This document shows positions 11,512 through 23,760 of a stretch of DNA of 64,000 nucleotides, piece after piece (the stretch's first letter is position 1; every line of letters begins with the position of its first letter). The notes under the pieces were generated by a model, which worked only from the letters and a program-made list of their open reading frames with translations, searched no databases and had not been told where the DNA came from. This stretch comes from Nemertoderma westbladi (Eukaryota > Animalia > Xenacoelomorpha): positions 77,427-141,426 of the forward strand of contig JAUCBJ010001864.1 in assembly GCA_032718475.1 (NCBI GenBank), given 5' to 3'. A program made the translations under genes and the position numbers.

Positions 11512-14500
11512 TAGGGTCAGAGTAAAACGCGGATCCGGATCAGGATCCGGATTCTATCATTTAACATTGTATCTGTGGAAGTCGACTGAATTTACATTTT
11601 TAGGGTGTAATATGCGGATCCGTGCACTGTTAACTTTACCGAATCCGTAACCGAGTATAAAACGCGGATTGGCCTTTTTTTCAGATCCGGAACGGAGTGT
11701 AAAGCGCGGTTCATATTTCTACTCAATCCGGGATTGGGTGTAAAATACGGATTCAGGTTTATTACAAAGTGTTATTTTATCCGGGAAGGAGTGTAAAACG
11801 CGGATTCAAGTTAATTACCCAGTTTTATTGGATCCGGGAAGGGGTGTAAAACGCGGATTCTAGTTAATTAAAAAGTTTTAGTGGATCCGGGAAGGGGTGT
11901 AAAACGTGGATTCTAGTTAATTACAAAGTTTTAGTGGATCCGGGAAGGGGTGTGAAACGCGGATTCATGTTAATTTACCAAGTTTTATAGGATCCGGGAA
12001 GGGATGTAAAACGCGGATTCATGTTAATTACCAAGTTTCATTGGATCCGGGAAGGGGTGTAAAACGCGGATTCTAGTTAATTACAAAGTTTTAGTGGATC
12101 CGGGAAGGGGTGTGAAACGCGGATTCATGTTAATTTACCAAGTTTTATTGGATCCGGGAAGGGGTGTAAAACGCGGATTCATGTTAATTACCAAGTTTCA
12201 TTGGCTCCGGGAAGGGGTGTAAAACGCGGATTCTAGTTAATTACAAAGTTTTAGTGGATCCGGGAAGGGGTGTGAAACGCGGATTCATGTTAATTTACCA
12301 AGTTTTATAGGATCCGGGAAGGGGTGTAAAACGCGGATTCATGTTAATTACCAAGTTTCATTGGATCCGGGAAGGGGTGTAAAACGCGGATTCTAGTTAA
12401 TTAAAAAGTTTTAGTGGATCCGGGAAGGGGTGTAAAACGCGGATTCCAAGTTAATTACCATGTTTTATTGTATCCGGGAAGGGGTGTAAAACGCGGATTC
12501 TTGTTAATTACTAAGTTTTACTGGATCCGGGAAGGGGTGTAAAACGCGGATTCAAGTTAATTACCAAGTTTTATTGGATCCGGGAAGGGGTGTAAAACGC
12601 GGATTCATGTTAATTTACCAAGTTTTATAGGATCCGGGAAGGGGTGTGAAACGCGGATTTTAGTTAATTACCAAGTTTTATTGGATCCGGGAAGGGGTGT
12701 AAAACGCGGATTCAAGTTAATTACCAAGTTTTACTGGATCCGGGAAGGGGTGTAAAACGCGGATTCAAGTTAATTACCAAGTTTTACTGGATCCGGGAAG
12801 GGGTGTAAAACGCGAATTCAAGTTAATTACCAAGTTTTATTGGATCCGGGAAGGGGTGTAAAACCCGGATTCATGTTAATTACCAAGTTTTACTGGATCC
12901 GGGAAGGGGTGTAAAACGCGAATTCAAGTTAATTACCAAGTTTTATTGGATCCGGGAAGGGGTGTAAAACCCGGATTCATGTTAATTACCAAGTTTTACT
13001 GGATCCGGGAAGGGGTGTAAAACGCGGATTCAAGTTAAATTCCAAGTTTTATTGGATCCGGGAAGGGGTGTAAAACGCGGATTCAAGTTAATTAGCAAGT
13101 TTTATTGGCTCCGGGAATGGGTGTAAAACGCGGATTCTTGTTAATTACCAAGTTTTACTGGATCCGGGAAGGGGTGTAAAACGCGGATTCAAGTTAATTA
13201 CCAAGTTTTATTGGATCCGGGAAGGGGTGTAAAACGCGGATTCATGTTAATTTACCAAGTTTTATAGGATCCGGGAAGGGGTGTGAAACGCGGATTTTAG
13301 TTAATTACCAAGTTTTACTGGATCCGGGAAGGGGTGTAAAACGCGGATTCAAGTTAATTACCAAGTTTTACTGGATCCGGGAAGGGGTGTAAAACTCGGA
13401 TTCAAGTTAATTACCAAGTTTTATAGGATCCGGGAAGGGTTGTGAAACGCGGATTTTAGTTAATTACCAAGTTTTATTGGATCCGGGAAGGGGTGTAAAA
13501 CGCGGATTCAAGTTAATTACCAAGTTTTACTGGATCCGGGAAGGGGTGTAAAACGCGGATTCAAGTTAATTACCAAGTTTTACTGGATCCGGGAAGGGGT
13601 GTAAAACCCGGATTCATGTTAATTACCAAGTTTTACTGGATCCGGGAAGGGGTGTAAAACGCGGATTCAAGTTAAATTCCAAGTTTTATTGGATCCGGGA
13701 AGGAGTGTAAAACGCGGATTCAAGTTAATTACCATTTTTTAATGGATCCGGGAATGGGTGTAAAACGCGGATTCAAGTTAATTAACAAGTTTTATTGGAT
13801 CCGGGAAGGGGTGTAAAACGCGGATTCTAGTTAATTACAAAGTTTTAGTGGATCCGGGAAGGGGTGTAAAACGCGGATTCAAGTTAATTACCATTTTTTA
13901 ATGGATCCGGGAATGGGTGTAAAACGCGGATTCAAGTTAATTAACAAGTTTTATTAGATCCGGGAAGGGGTGTAAAACGCGGATTCTAGTTAATTACAAA
14001 GTTTTAGTGGATCCGGGAAGGGGTGTAAAACGCGGATTCAAGTTAATTACAGTACCATTTTTTAATGGATCCGGGAATGGGTGTAAAACGCGGATTCAAG
14101 TTAATTAACAAGTTTTATTGGGTCCGGGAAGGGGTGTAAAACGCGGATTCCAGTTAATTACAAAGTTTTATAGGATCCCGGAAGGGGTGTAAAACGCGGA
14201 TTCAAGTTAAATTCCAAGTTTTATTGGATCCGGGAAGGGGTGTAAAACGCGGATTCAAGTTAATTACCATTTTTTAATGGATCCGGGACGGGGTGTAAAA
14301 CGCGGATTCAAGTTAATTACAAAGTTTTATTGGATCCGGGAAGGGGTGTAAAACGCGGATTCTAGTTAATTAGCAAGTTTTATTGGCTCCGGGAATGGGT
14401 GTAAAATGCGGATTCATGTTAATTACCAAGTTTTACTGGATCCGGGAAGGGGTGTAAAACGCGGATTCTAGTTAATTAGCAAGTTTTATTGGCTCCGGGA

Positions 14501-15234
14501 ATGGGTGTAAAATGCGGATTCAAGTTAATTACCATTTTTTAATGGATCCGGGACGGGGTGTAAAACGCGGATTCAAGTTATAATTACCAAGTTTTATTGG
14601 ATCCGGGAAGGGGTGTAAAACGCGGATTCTAGTTAATTAGCAAGTTTTATTGGCTCCGGGAATGGGTGTAAAATGCGGATTCATGTTAATTACCAAGTTT
14701 TATAGGATCCGGGAAGGGGTGTGAAACGCGGATTTTAGTTAATTACAAAGTTTTATTGGATCCGGGAAGGGGTGTGAAACGCGGATTCATGTTAATTACC
14801 AAGTTTTATAGGATCCGGGAATGGGTGTGAAACGCGGATTTTAGTTAATTACAAAGTTTTATTGGATCCGGGAAGGGGTGTGAAACGCGGATTCATGTTA
14901 ATTACCAAGTTTTATTGGCTCCGGGAATGGGTGTGAAACGCGGATTCATGTTAATTTACCAAGTTTTATTGGATCCGGGAAGGGGTGTGAAACGCGGATT
15001 TTAGTTAATTACAAAGTTTTATTGGATCCGGGAAGGGGTGTGAAATGCGGATTCATGTTAATTACCAAGTTTTATAGGATCCGGGAAGGGGTGTGAAACG
15101 CGGATTTTAGTTAATTACAAGGTTTTATTGGATCCGGGAAGGGGTGTAAAACGCGGATTCAAGTTAATTTACCAAGTTTTATAGGATCCGGGAAGGGGTG
15201 TAAAACGCGGATTCATGTTAATTACCAAGTTTTT

Positions 15235-16804
15235 ACTATCAACTGAAAATAATCCACAACTACCAACCATCCCCGAACAGCCAGATAACGACTTAGACAA
15301 ACCAATTGATCCCGCTGAAATCACGGAAGCGGTTTACAGTCAAAAGCCAAATAAAGCAGCTGGTCCGGACGGTATCACCGGTGAAGCCTTGAAGTATGGT
15401 TTTGGTCACCTGCTTCCGTTTTTACTGACATTGTTTAGTGTTTGTTTCGCAACTGCTGCTTGCCCTGCAACCTGGCTAAAATCATACCTAATTATGCTCT
15501 ATAAGGGTAAGGGAAGTAAATTATCCCCGGACTGTTACCGTGGAATAGCGCTACTATCATGTTTGTTTAAAGTATATACTTCGATATTATTTACACGCTT
15601 ATATGAATTTGCAGAACGCCGAGGTCTACTACCAGATGCGCAACACGGTTACAGAAAATCACGTTCGACGATCGACGCTGTTAAAAGTCTATATACCCGC
15701 ATCAATTTTGCCCTTGAACCTAAGGGTGGCCATTTATACTGCGTATTTGTTGATTTTCGAAAATGTTTCGACTCGATAAACCGAGAGATTCTCTGCAGGA
15801 AATTATCGAAACTCGGAGTAAGTCGAAAGTTTATTATCGCTATCTGGTCTATGATCGCTATCAACTACATATATATCTGTGTTGGAGTTCACATTCTGGA
15901 GCCTATTACTCAAACAATTGGAGTTGTACAAGGCGATAAACTGTCTCCTTTACTTTTTAGTCTTTTTGTATCAGACCTACCAGCCTATCTCATATTCGCA
16001 TCAATTTGGATCATAATGTATGCTGATGATCTAGTCATATCAGGTGACTCTATCGCGGAGGTTCAAGCTAGTCTAGACAAACTCTCAGAATATTGTGAAG
16101 TAAATGGAATCCAGGTCAATATTGCGAAGACAAAGGTGGTTAAGTTCCGGAAGGGGGGGAGATTATCGAGGACTGACATTCTAGAATATAACGGGCAGAA
16201 ATTGGAATTTCAAAGCTCCTTTCAATATTTAGGAGTTACTCTCTCAACGAAAAATGGATCCAGAGGACACTACGATCATCTATACTCGAAAGGACTCTCC
16301 AGTTGTGTTGTAATTGCAACAAAGGTAAACCTACACATCGTTTCGCTAGAATCCGCCCAACGTTTATGGCAGTCTATTGTCCTTCCATCGACCACTTATG
16401 GCTGCAACGTCTTCACTGCAAATGGTGACCTAACGCAACTGGATCATGTTAAACGTGTCCGCGGTTTTTACTGGAAACTCTGGTGTGGAATAAGCAAGTT
16501 TGCCTCCACCACAGCCATCCTAAGTGCCATAGACAACCCGGCTAACTCAGATCCAAACATGACAGGTCTCACAGGTTTCCGACGCCGCGTGGCAGCGCAG
16601 CTATTATCAAACGGTTGCCACCACCGCCTATGTACGAAACTCAATTGCTGGAGACCCACGGAAGACTGCACCTGTTGGGTGTGTGGCTCCCTGGCGGCAA
16701 ACACAGACCACTACAAACTATGTACGCGCATACCTCAGTGCAGTTCACACCTAAAGACAGCAATTTGGCTGATGACGACAGATGCTGCAACACTAACTAT
16801 TTAA
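15235..16804 (+). CDS. Non-LTR reverse transcriptase with C-terminal Cys/His zinc-binding region (truncated; the ATG at 15215 comes from the satellite)
   Basis: Motifs KAAGPDG, YRGIALL, FVDFRKCFDS, QGDKLSP, YADD, YLG; C-terminal CWVC...DHYKLC. Confidence 0.88.
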
Positions 16805-17060
16805 ATCAATAGAAAGTTCAAGGCCCGATATACTGTTTATTTATTTTATCTTATTTAATGTGCCTTATATTATGCCAATCACCCTCTTCCCATCTTTTTA
16901 TTTAAAATATACTTTTATTTTATTTAAGTTTATTTTATAAATTTTATGTGCTCTATCCAATTACAACTTATCGTTTTAATTATGTTAAATCAAGTGTCAT
17001 TACAATAGGCATACTTATAACCATTTACTCATTGAGTAATTAAACGTCATATTGAATCTC
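15235..17060 (+). mobile_element. 5'-truncated non-LTR retrotransposon (clade uncertain, RTE-X-like) inserted in the satellite
   Basis: RT ORF followed by an AT-rich 3' UTR. The satellite resumes in register (…AAGTTTT | ATAGGATCC…). No clear TSD or poly-A tail. Confidence 0.85.
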
Positions 17061-18164
17061 ATAGGATCCGGGAAGGGGTGTGAAACGCGGATTTTAGTTA
17101 ATTACCAAGTTTTATTGGATCCGGGAAGGGGTGTGAAACGCGGATTTTAGTTAATTACCAAGTTTTATTGGATCCGGGAAGGGGTGTAAAACGCGGATTC
17201 ATGTTAATTTACCAAGTTTTATAGGATCCGGGAAGGGGTGTGAAACGCGGATTTTAGTTAATTACAAAGTTTTATTGGATCCGGGAAGGGGTGTGAAACG
17301 CGGATTCATGTTAATTACCAAGTTTTATAGGATCCGGGAAGGGGTGTGAAACGCGGATTTTAGTTAATTACAAAGTTTTATTGGATCCGGGAAAGGGTGT
17401 GAAACGCGGATTTTTGTTAATTACCAAGTTTTATTGGATCCGGGAAGGGGTGTAAAACGCGGATTCATGTTAATTTACCAAGTTTTATAGGATCCGGGAA
17501 GGGGTGTAAAACGCGGATTCATGTTAATTACCAAGTTTTATAGGATCCGGGAAGGGGTGTGAAACGCGGATTTTAGTTAATTACAAAGTTTTATTGGATC
17601 CGGGAAGGGGTGTGAAACGCGGATTTTAGTTAATTACCAAGTTTTATTGGATCCGGGAAGGGGTGTAAAACGCGGATTCATGTTAATTTACCAAGTTTTA
17701 TAGGATCCGGGAAGGGGTGTGAAACGCGGATTTTAGTTAATTACCAAGTTTTATTGGATCCGGGAAGGGGTGTAAAACGCGGATTCATGTTAATTTACCA
17801 AGTTTTATAGGATCCGGGAAAAAGGGGTGTGAAACGCGGATTTTAGTTAATTACCAAGTTTTATTGGATCCGGGAAGGGGTGTAAAACGCGGATTCAAGT
17901 TACGCGGATTCAAGTTAATTACCAAGTTTTATTGGATCCGGGAATGGGTGTAAAACGCGGATTCATGTTAATTACCAAGTTTCATTGGATCCGGGAATGG
18001 GTGTAAAACGCGGATTCAAGTTAATTACAAAGTGCGGTATCCGTCGTTATTATTACACGTATATATATTTACTACAATCTCCATCCTATAAATTATGTCT
18101 TTAAATTAAGTCCTCATGAGGTGCTATGGCTGCAGGTCAGTATTAATCGCCAGGTCATATTATT

Positions 18165-18760
18165 CCCGGATCCAGTAACACTTGGTAATTAACTTAAATC
18201 CGCGTTTTACACCCCTTCCCGGATCCAACACTTGTTAATTAACTTGAATCCGTGTTTTACACCCCTTCCCGGATCCAGAAACACTTAACTTGAATCCGCA
18301 TTTTACACCCCTTCCCGCATCCAGAAACACTTTTCAATTAACTTGAATCCGCGATTTACATACACCCCTTCCCGGATCCAATTAAACTTGGTAAATTACT
18401 GTAACTTGAATCCGCGTTTTACACCCCTTCCCGGATCCAGAAACACTTTGCAATTAACTTGAATCCGCTATTTACACCCCTTCCCGGATCCAATTAAACT
18501 TGGTAAATTAACATGAATCCGCATTTTACACCCATTCCCGGATCCAATAAAACTTGGTAATTAACATGAATCCGCGTTTTACACCCCTTCCCGGATCCAT
18601 TAAAACTTTGTAATTAACTAGAATCCGCGTTTTACACCCCTTCCCGGATCCAATAAAACTTGGTAATTAACTTGAATCCGCGTATTACACCCCTTCCCGG
18701 ATCCAATAAAACTTGGTAATTAACTTGAATCCGCGTGTTTTACACCCCTTCCCGGATCCC
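18165..18760 (-). repeat. Inverted, more degenerate block of the same 53-bp satellite (about 10 units)
   Basis: Units AATCCGCGTTTTACACCCCTTCCCGGATCC are the reverse complement of the main array, separated from it by about 130 bp of unrelated spacer. Confidence 0.93.
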
Positions 18761-18897
18761 ATCCCTTCCTATAATAAATGTATAATAACAAATACCTCGA
18801 AAAATACAGCTTGCCAACACATTGTTACTATCAATAATACAAATCAGGGGCTAATAAAACGGCAGCTGGCTTTGAAATTAATACTCCATATCTCAAG

Positions 18898-18959
18898 AAC
18901 CTGTGGCCTAGTGGTTGTAGTCTCGGCTTCCACCTCGAGGTCCCAGGTTCGAATCCGAC
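18898..18959 (+). promoter_or_regulatory. tRNA-derived internal Pol III promoter (SINE-like head)
   Basis: A box TGGCCTAGTGG (18904-18914) and B box GGTTCGAATCC (18946-18956) with tRNA-like spacing. Confidence 0.75.
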
Positions 18960-19002
18960 ACCACGCTGATGAGACCCAGTAAGGTCGAAACGCGTACGTG
19001 GT
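18960..19002 (+). ncRNA. Minimal type I hammerhead ribozyme
   Basis: Stem I ACCACG/CGTGGT; core CTGATGA; stem II GACC-cagtaa-GGTC; GAAA; palindromic minimal stem III ACGCGT; GTA cleavage triplet (cut after 18996). Confidence 0.88.
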
Positions 19003-19701
19003 TTGGAGAGGTATTAATTTCAAGAAAAATTACGCGATTCCTAAATTTGTACAATACCCGGTTAAAAAGTACGCAGGTGATGGGATTAGTCCTACAATTG
19101 CGCCAATAAAAGATAAGTTATTTTCGGTAAAATAAACTTATCATTCGAGGTTAAGGACACACAGACTGACAAACAGACACAGACAGCCTGGAAATGGTCA
19201 GTCGTAAAAACTGACATCAGAAATGAAATCAGAGACCTGGAAAACCACCATGGCGAATATTTTATTACATAATATGCTTCCTTATTTTTTGACAGACAGA
19301 CATACATACAGACACAGAAATCCCTGAGTTGGTCAGTCGTTAAAACTGCCATCAGAAATGAAATTACCAACCCTTAAAACCTCCATAGCGAGAATGTTAG
19401 TAGATTTTATTCTTTCTTAAGTCTTGGCAGACAAACTGACAGAAAGACCGACAGACTTCAGACTTCAGATTTGTGATTTTACTTTAGGTTTTGGGGGACA
19501 CATTAAATCGAGAATCAGAAGCGAAAGGGCTAGGGATGCAACAGAGCTGATATTTCATCCGGTGTCGGAGCTCGGAGGTTTCTCCGGGTTACAATGTGAG
19601 CTCCGGCTGGAGATGGAGCCGGTGCCGGAGATTTGGGGATTGATAATTCCAATTTATTATTGTTATACAGTAGTAGACAGATATGTGTTCATAAGAGGGG
19701 T

Positions 19702-19745
<44 letters not shown>

Positions 19746-21520
19746 TTTGGCCAAAGCAAATTCTTTCTCGAAGAATTAATGTCATCATAAATTTTAGTTA
19801 AATTATCAACTTTTGAAAAATTGAGCAGTTTACAGTGGCATGTTATTTTGCTGCCGATTTTTGGCTTTTGGCGATTTGAGCGAAAAGGTAACAATTTAAG
19901 AACCAAATATATTTGATTAATATTATAACAAATATTCATTTTAAAAATATCGATAATCCCACAAACCACCCACCAGTTCCTCTCATCACTTTTTCCGTAT
20001 GGTACCTCTACAACTGTCAGACTGTCATACTTTAAATAAAGTCATGCGGCGCTGCAGCAGTACAGCACTGCGGCAGACGTGTGTCTAGCTGCCTCAGAAA
20101 AATTTGGCAACAAATTTCACTTTGGCCGTTTGTTTTGGTTCTAAAATTCTGTTTTAGGGTGTTAAGCCTGTTCTCATTAGCCAATCGGGCGAGTATTTTG
20201 TCGTTCCAGATACAACAACTACCGAGTATTTTCTCCTTCCAGCTACAACAACTACAAAGCCTTACTCCGCCAGTAGAATAAGCTGAATTGTACTGCTCTT
20301 TTGTAGTTTGAATCCTATTTGGTCCTGACGATACCCCAACGGGGAGAAATATATTGACCGTTAATTTATAACAACATTTTAAACTGGGCGATAAACCTCC
20401 TGCACCACCCCCCAACAAGTAGAATAAGCCACATACATCCTTAGCCTGACAGTGGGTTTGAATGCCTGGATATTATAAATTGTGGGCGAGCCACGAAAGT
20501 AAGCGAACTTAGCATACGGGTACCATTAACTCAATCGGTGTGTCTGTCGTTCTGTTATTCTGTCGTGTCCAATTTTAAACGTTAACTCGGCTCGGGGGAG
20601 AAACAAATGTTAGAATATAAAAACTTATTTAGTTTGAGAAAATTGGGAATATTGCTTTTGCTTTTGCTTTTGCTTCTGTTTTTATAATTTCATTTTTTCA
20701 TTTCAATTGTAAAATATTCATTAGTTGGCCTATAGCTTTAATAAATTTATGAAGGCATTCCTGGTTTGACTGGGCGTGGGGCGGCATATTAATTTCAATA
20801 GGCGGCAATGTTAAACGAGGCTATGGGTAATCTAAATAAAATATATTGAATACAAATCGATCTTCATATTATTGACATAGACAAGCTTAATATAATATAT
20901 CATAAACTTGTGTAATACATTTACATCAATTACTTAATACTTTCCCTAGCCCTCACTATTAATTCTACACTAATGCCATCTGAGACAAACATTAGGAGAG
21001 CCAGTTATTAATTATTGATTTGGATTTCGGGAACCGTTAATAAATAATGGCAATGAAAACCAGCGATAAACATAACGATTTCATATTAATCTTGCAGTTG
21101 TTATTGCATAACACATCAAAATTGTGAAGGTTTATTATATTTGATGTGTTCTGCAATAACAACTTCAATATTAATTATGAAATCCTTATGTTTTATCGCT
21201 GCTTTTCATTGCAGTTATTTTTTATATATATACAACAAGCCCCCTGTTAGTCAGTATGTCGTTGCGACCTTTAATTTATTAATTATAGTGGCAGGGAATG
21301 GACAGTGCAGATACCTAAAATACTCGCCTATTATTGGCTAACAGTTTTTCAGCATAATCTTCTATAGCACAAGGGCCAAAATTAAATATTATGTTGTATA
21401 TACAGTATTTTCTGAGTCATCTAGAAACACGTCTGCGGCAGTCGCCTCCCTGACGCCTGTATGTAAGTCTAAGTACAGTACATGGCCTACTACTATATAT
21501 GCTAATATACTACTATCATA

Positions 21521-22080
21521 CAGAGGCGCCCAGGGGAATGGAGCTGAGATGCCACCCCCCCCCCCCCCCCTTCATTAAGTTTAACTTTTCTTTTATGACG
21601 TTGTTATCTTAAATATATTATATATCTAACAGTATACTGTAAAACCATATCAAATCTATTTTACACAAGTTTGATATAGTGGACTTATAATATATAGAGT
21701 GGCGAGCGTAGCCAGCAGATAACATTTTTCCCCATTTTCGCTTATGACACATGTCCTGTAAATACTGTATCACAATCCCTGAATTTTCACTGATTTGTCC
21801 TATTTTTACAATAATTTCCACATTTTCGCTTATGACACATGTCCTGTAAATACTGTATCACAATACCTGAATTTTCACTGATTTGTCCTATTTTTACAAT
21901 AATTTCCACATTTTCGCTTATGACACATGTCCTGTAAATACTGTATCACAATACCTGAATTTTCACTGATTTGTCCTATTTTTACAAGAATTCCCTGACA
22001 TTTCAGCGCCACTGGGTGAGTGCGCCCGGGGGAACGCACCCCCCCCCCCCCCCCCTCCCCGTTGCTACTGTACGCCTCTG
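21521..22080. mobile_element. Non-autonomous DNA transposon (hAT-like ends) containing an 88-bp x3 tandem repeat
   Basis: TIR CAGAGGCG/CGCCTCTG with 6-bp direct flanks ATCATA (21515-21520 and 22081-22086). Internal 88-bp units start at 21733, 21821 and 21909. Confidence 0.75.
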
Positions 22081-22431
22081 ATCATATACTGTATAATATA
22101 CATATACAGTGTATATGGTATGTCTCATATCTGTATGTACTGGACACGGTAAAGGCTGAAAGAAAGGCTGTCTACTGATGTACAGTACTGCCTCCTGAGT
22201 CCTGGACAGTGGTACCGGTACAGCGGTAGGCGTACGGCCAATACAGGTATACCATATACCGGTACGTACTGTATATGGCTGCAGGCCTTGGCTGTAGTGG
22301 CAGACCGTAATTTTGTATATTATTCTTTGTAGGCCTATGTCGTAAAGTACAGTTAAGTACGATAATACTGTAATAGGGCAGGGCCTACCGCGACCGCCTA
22401 CTGCTGTACTGTATGAATTGAACATTAAAAG

Positions 22432-22791
22432 ATGACTTTTGATTTGGATAAGTGTGTGGAAATTACGCGACAATGCAAGTATCTCCCGGAATACGACTTA
22501 AAGCGTCTCTGTGACATTATATGTAACCAGTTATTGGAGGAATCCAACGTGCAACCGGTGCGAACCCCCGTCACTATATGCGGCGATATCCACGGCCAAT
22601 TCTACGACCTTCTCGAATTGTTTCGCACCGGCGGACAACTGCCGGACACTAATTACATCTTTCTTGGGGATTTTGTGGACAGGGGCTACTACAGTCTCGA
22701 GTCGTTGTCCTATCTGATCGCGTTGAAAGCCAAATACCCGGATAAGATAACGCTGTTGCGGGGCAACCATGAGAGTCGACAGATCACTCAG
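22432..22791 (+). CDS. PPP6C: Serine/threonine-protein phosphatase 6 catalytic subunit, exon 1
   Basis: [25 protein letters not shown]-terminus; PPP motifs GDIHG, GDFVDRG, RGNHE; donor GTAGAA at 22792 (phase 0). Confidence 0.96.
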
Positions 22792-23205
22792 GTAGAACTG
22801 TATGTATGATGCACAACAGCATTAGGCCAGGCTATGACTGGCAGACTGGTCTGGTGCTTAGATCGTATCTTTTCCAGTTAATTTATTTTATTTAATTTTG
22901 TATAAAAATTAAAACAAGTGAATTGGTTGGAGAAAGTTGCTAGGCCTACTAAGCAGCAACTACTTCCAGTCCACAGGTTCTTAAGATATGCGTTATGAAT
23001 TTCAAAGCTAGCTGTCGTTTTACGGTAGGCCTAAAACAAACTTATCATTTGAGGTTAATGCGTTACTCCTACCGATAAAACAGTTCGTTTTTGTGGCATA
23101 GGACAATAATTCAGTGTTTTCGGCTCCTAAAACTGTAGAATTTTATAAAGATAATTAAGTAATTTATTGACGTTCTGTTATTATTTTCTTGTATTTCTCT
23201 TTAAG

Positions 23206-23760
23206 GTTTACGGATTTTACGATGAATGTATGACAAAGTACGGTAACGCTAATGCATGGCGTCACTGTACCCGTGTGTTCGATCTGCTCACCATAGCGGC
23301 CATTATAGACGAGCACATACTCTGCGTACACGGTGGACTGAGCCCAGACATCCGCACCATAGACCAAATACGAGTGATAGACCGCCAAGTCGAGATCCCC
23401 CACAAGGGGGCGTTCTGCGACCTGGTCTGGTCCGACCCCGAGGACGTGGACACCTGGGCGATCTCTCCTCGGGGGGCCGGCTGGCTGTTCGGGGCGCGAG
23501 TTACCGAGGATTTCATCCGGATTAACGGACTCAGACTCATCGCTCGAGCTCACCAACTCGTCCACGAGGGTTACAAGTACATGTTCGATGATAAACTCGT
23601 GACCATCTGGTCGGCGCCCAACTATTGCTATCGTTGCGGGAATATCGCGGCTATACTGAAGTGCGACACGGTTGATTCCCGCGAACCGCGACTGTTTAAG
23701 GCCGTCCCGGATGACGAACGGGTAGTCCCTGCCAGAACAACAACTCCTTATTTCCTGTAA
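23206..23760 (+). CDS. PPP6C: PP6 catalytic subunit, exon 2 (protein 304 aa in total)
   Basis: Acceptor tttctctttaag. Reads VYGFYDEC...HGGLSP...SAPNYC...RTTTPYFL*, the PP6-type C-terminus. AATAAA at about 23862 and 23910. Confidence 0.96.
   Translation, partial: VYGFYDECMTKYGNANAWRHCTRVFDLLTIAAIIDEHILCVHGGLSPDIRTIDQIRVIDRQVEIPHKGAFCDLVWSDPEDVDTWAISPRGAGWLFGARVTEDFIRINGLRLIARAHQLVHEGYKYMFDDKLVTIWSAPNYCYRCGNIAAILKCDTVDSREPRLFKAVPDDERVVPARTTTPYFL

Larger units (their letters stand above)
11680..18031 (+). repeat. 53-bp tandem satellite interrupted by a non-LTR element at about 15235-17060
   Basis: Unit GGATCCGGGAAGGGGTGTAAAACGCGGATTCAAGTTAATTACCAAGTTTTATT. Degenerate lead-in units begin at about 11515. 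Confidence 0.97.

Noticed and set aside
1-18760. Tandem arrays as CRISPR arrays
   Set aside because: Units are contiguous with no unique spacers, there are no cas genes, and the context is eukaryotic.
19424-19969. Poly-Gly / poly-Pro ORFs
   Set aside because: Produced by a poly-G tract; such G/C runs are frequent in this window.
22511-23565. Alternative-frame and antisense ORFs over PP6 and the retroelement ORFs
   Set aside because: Shadow ORFs of real coding sequence with no independent motifs.
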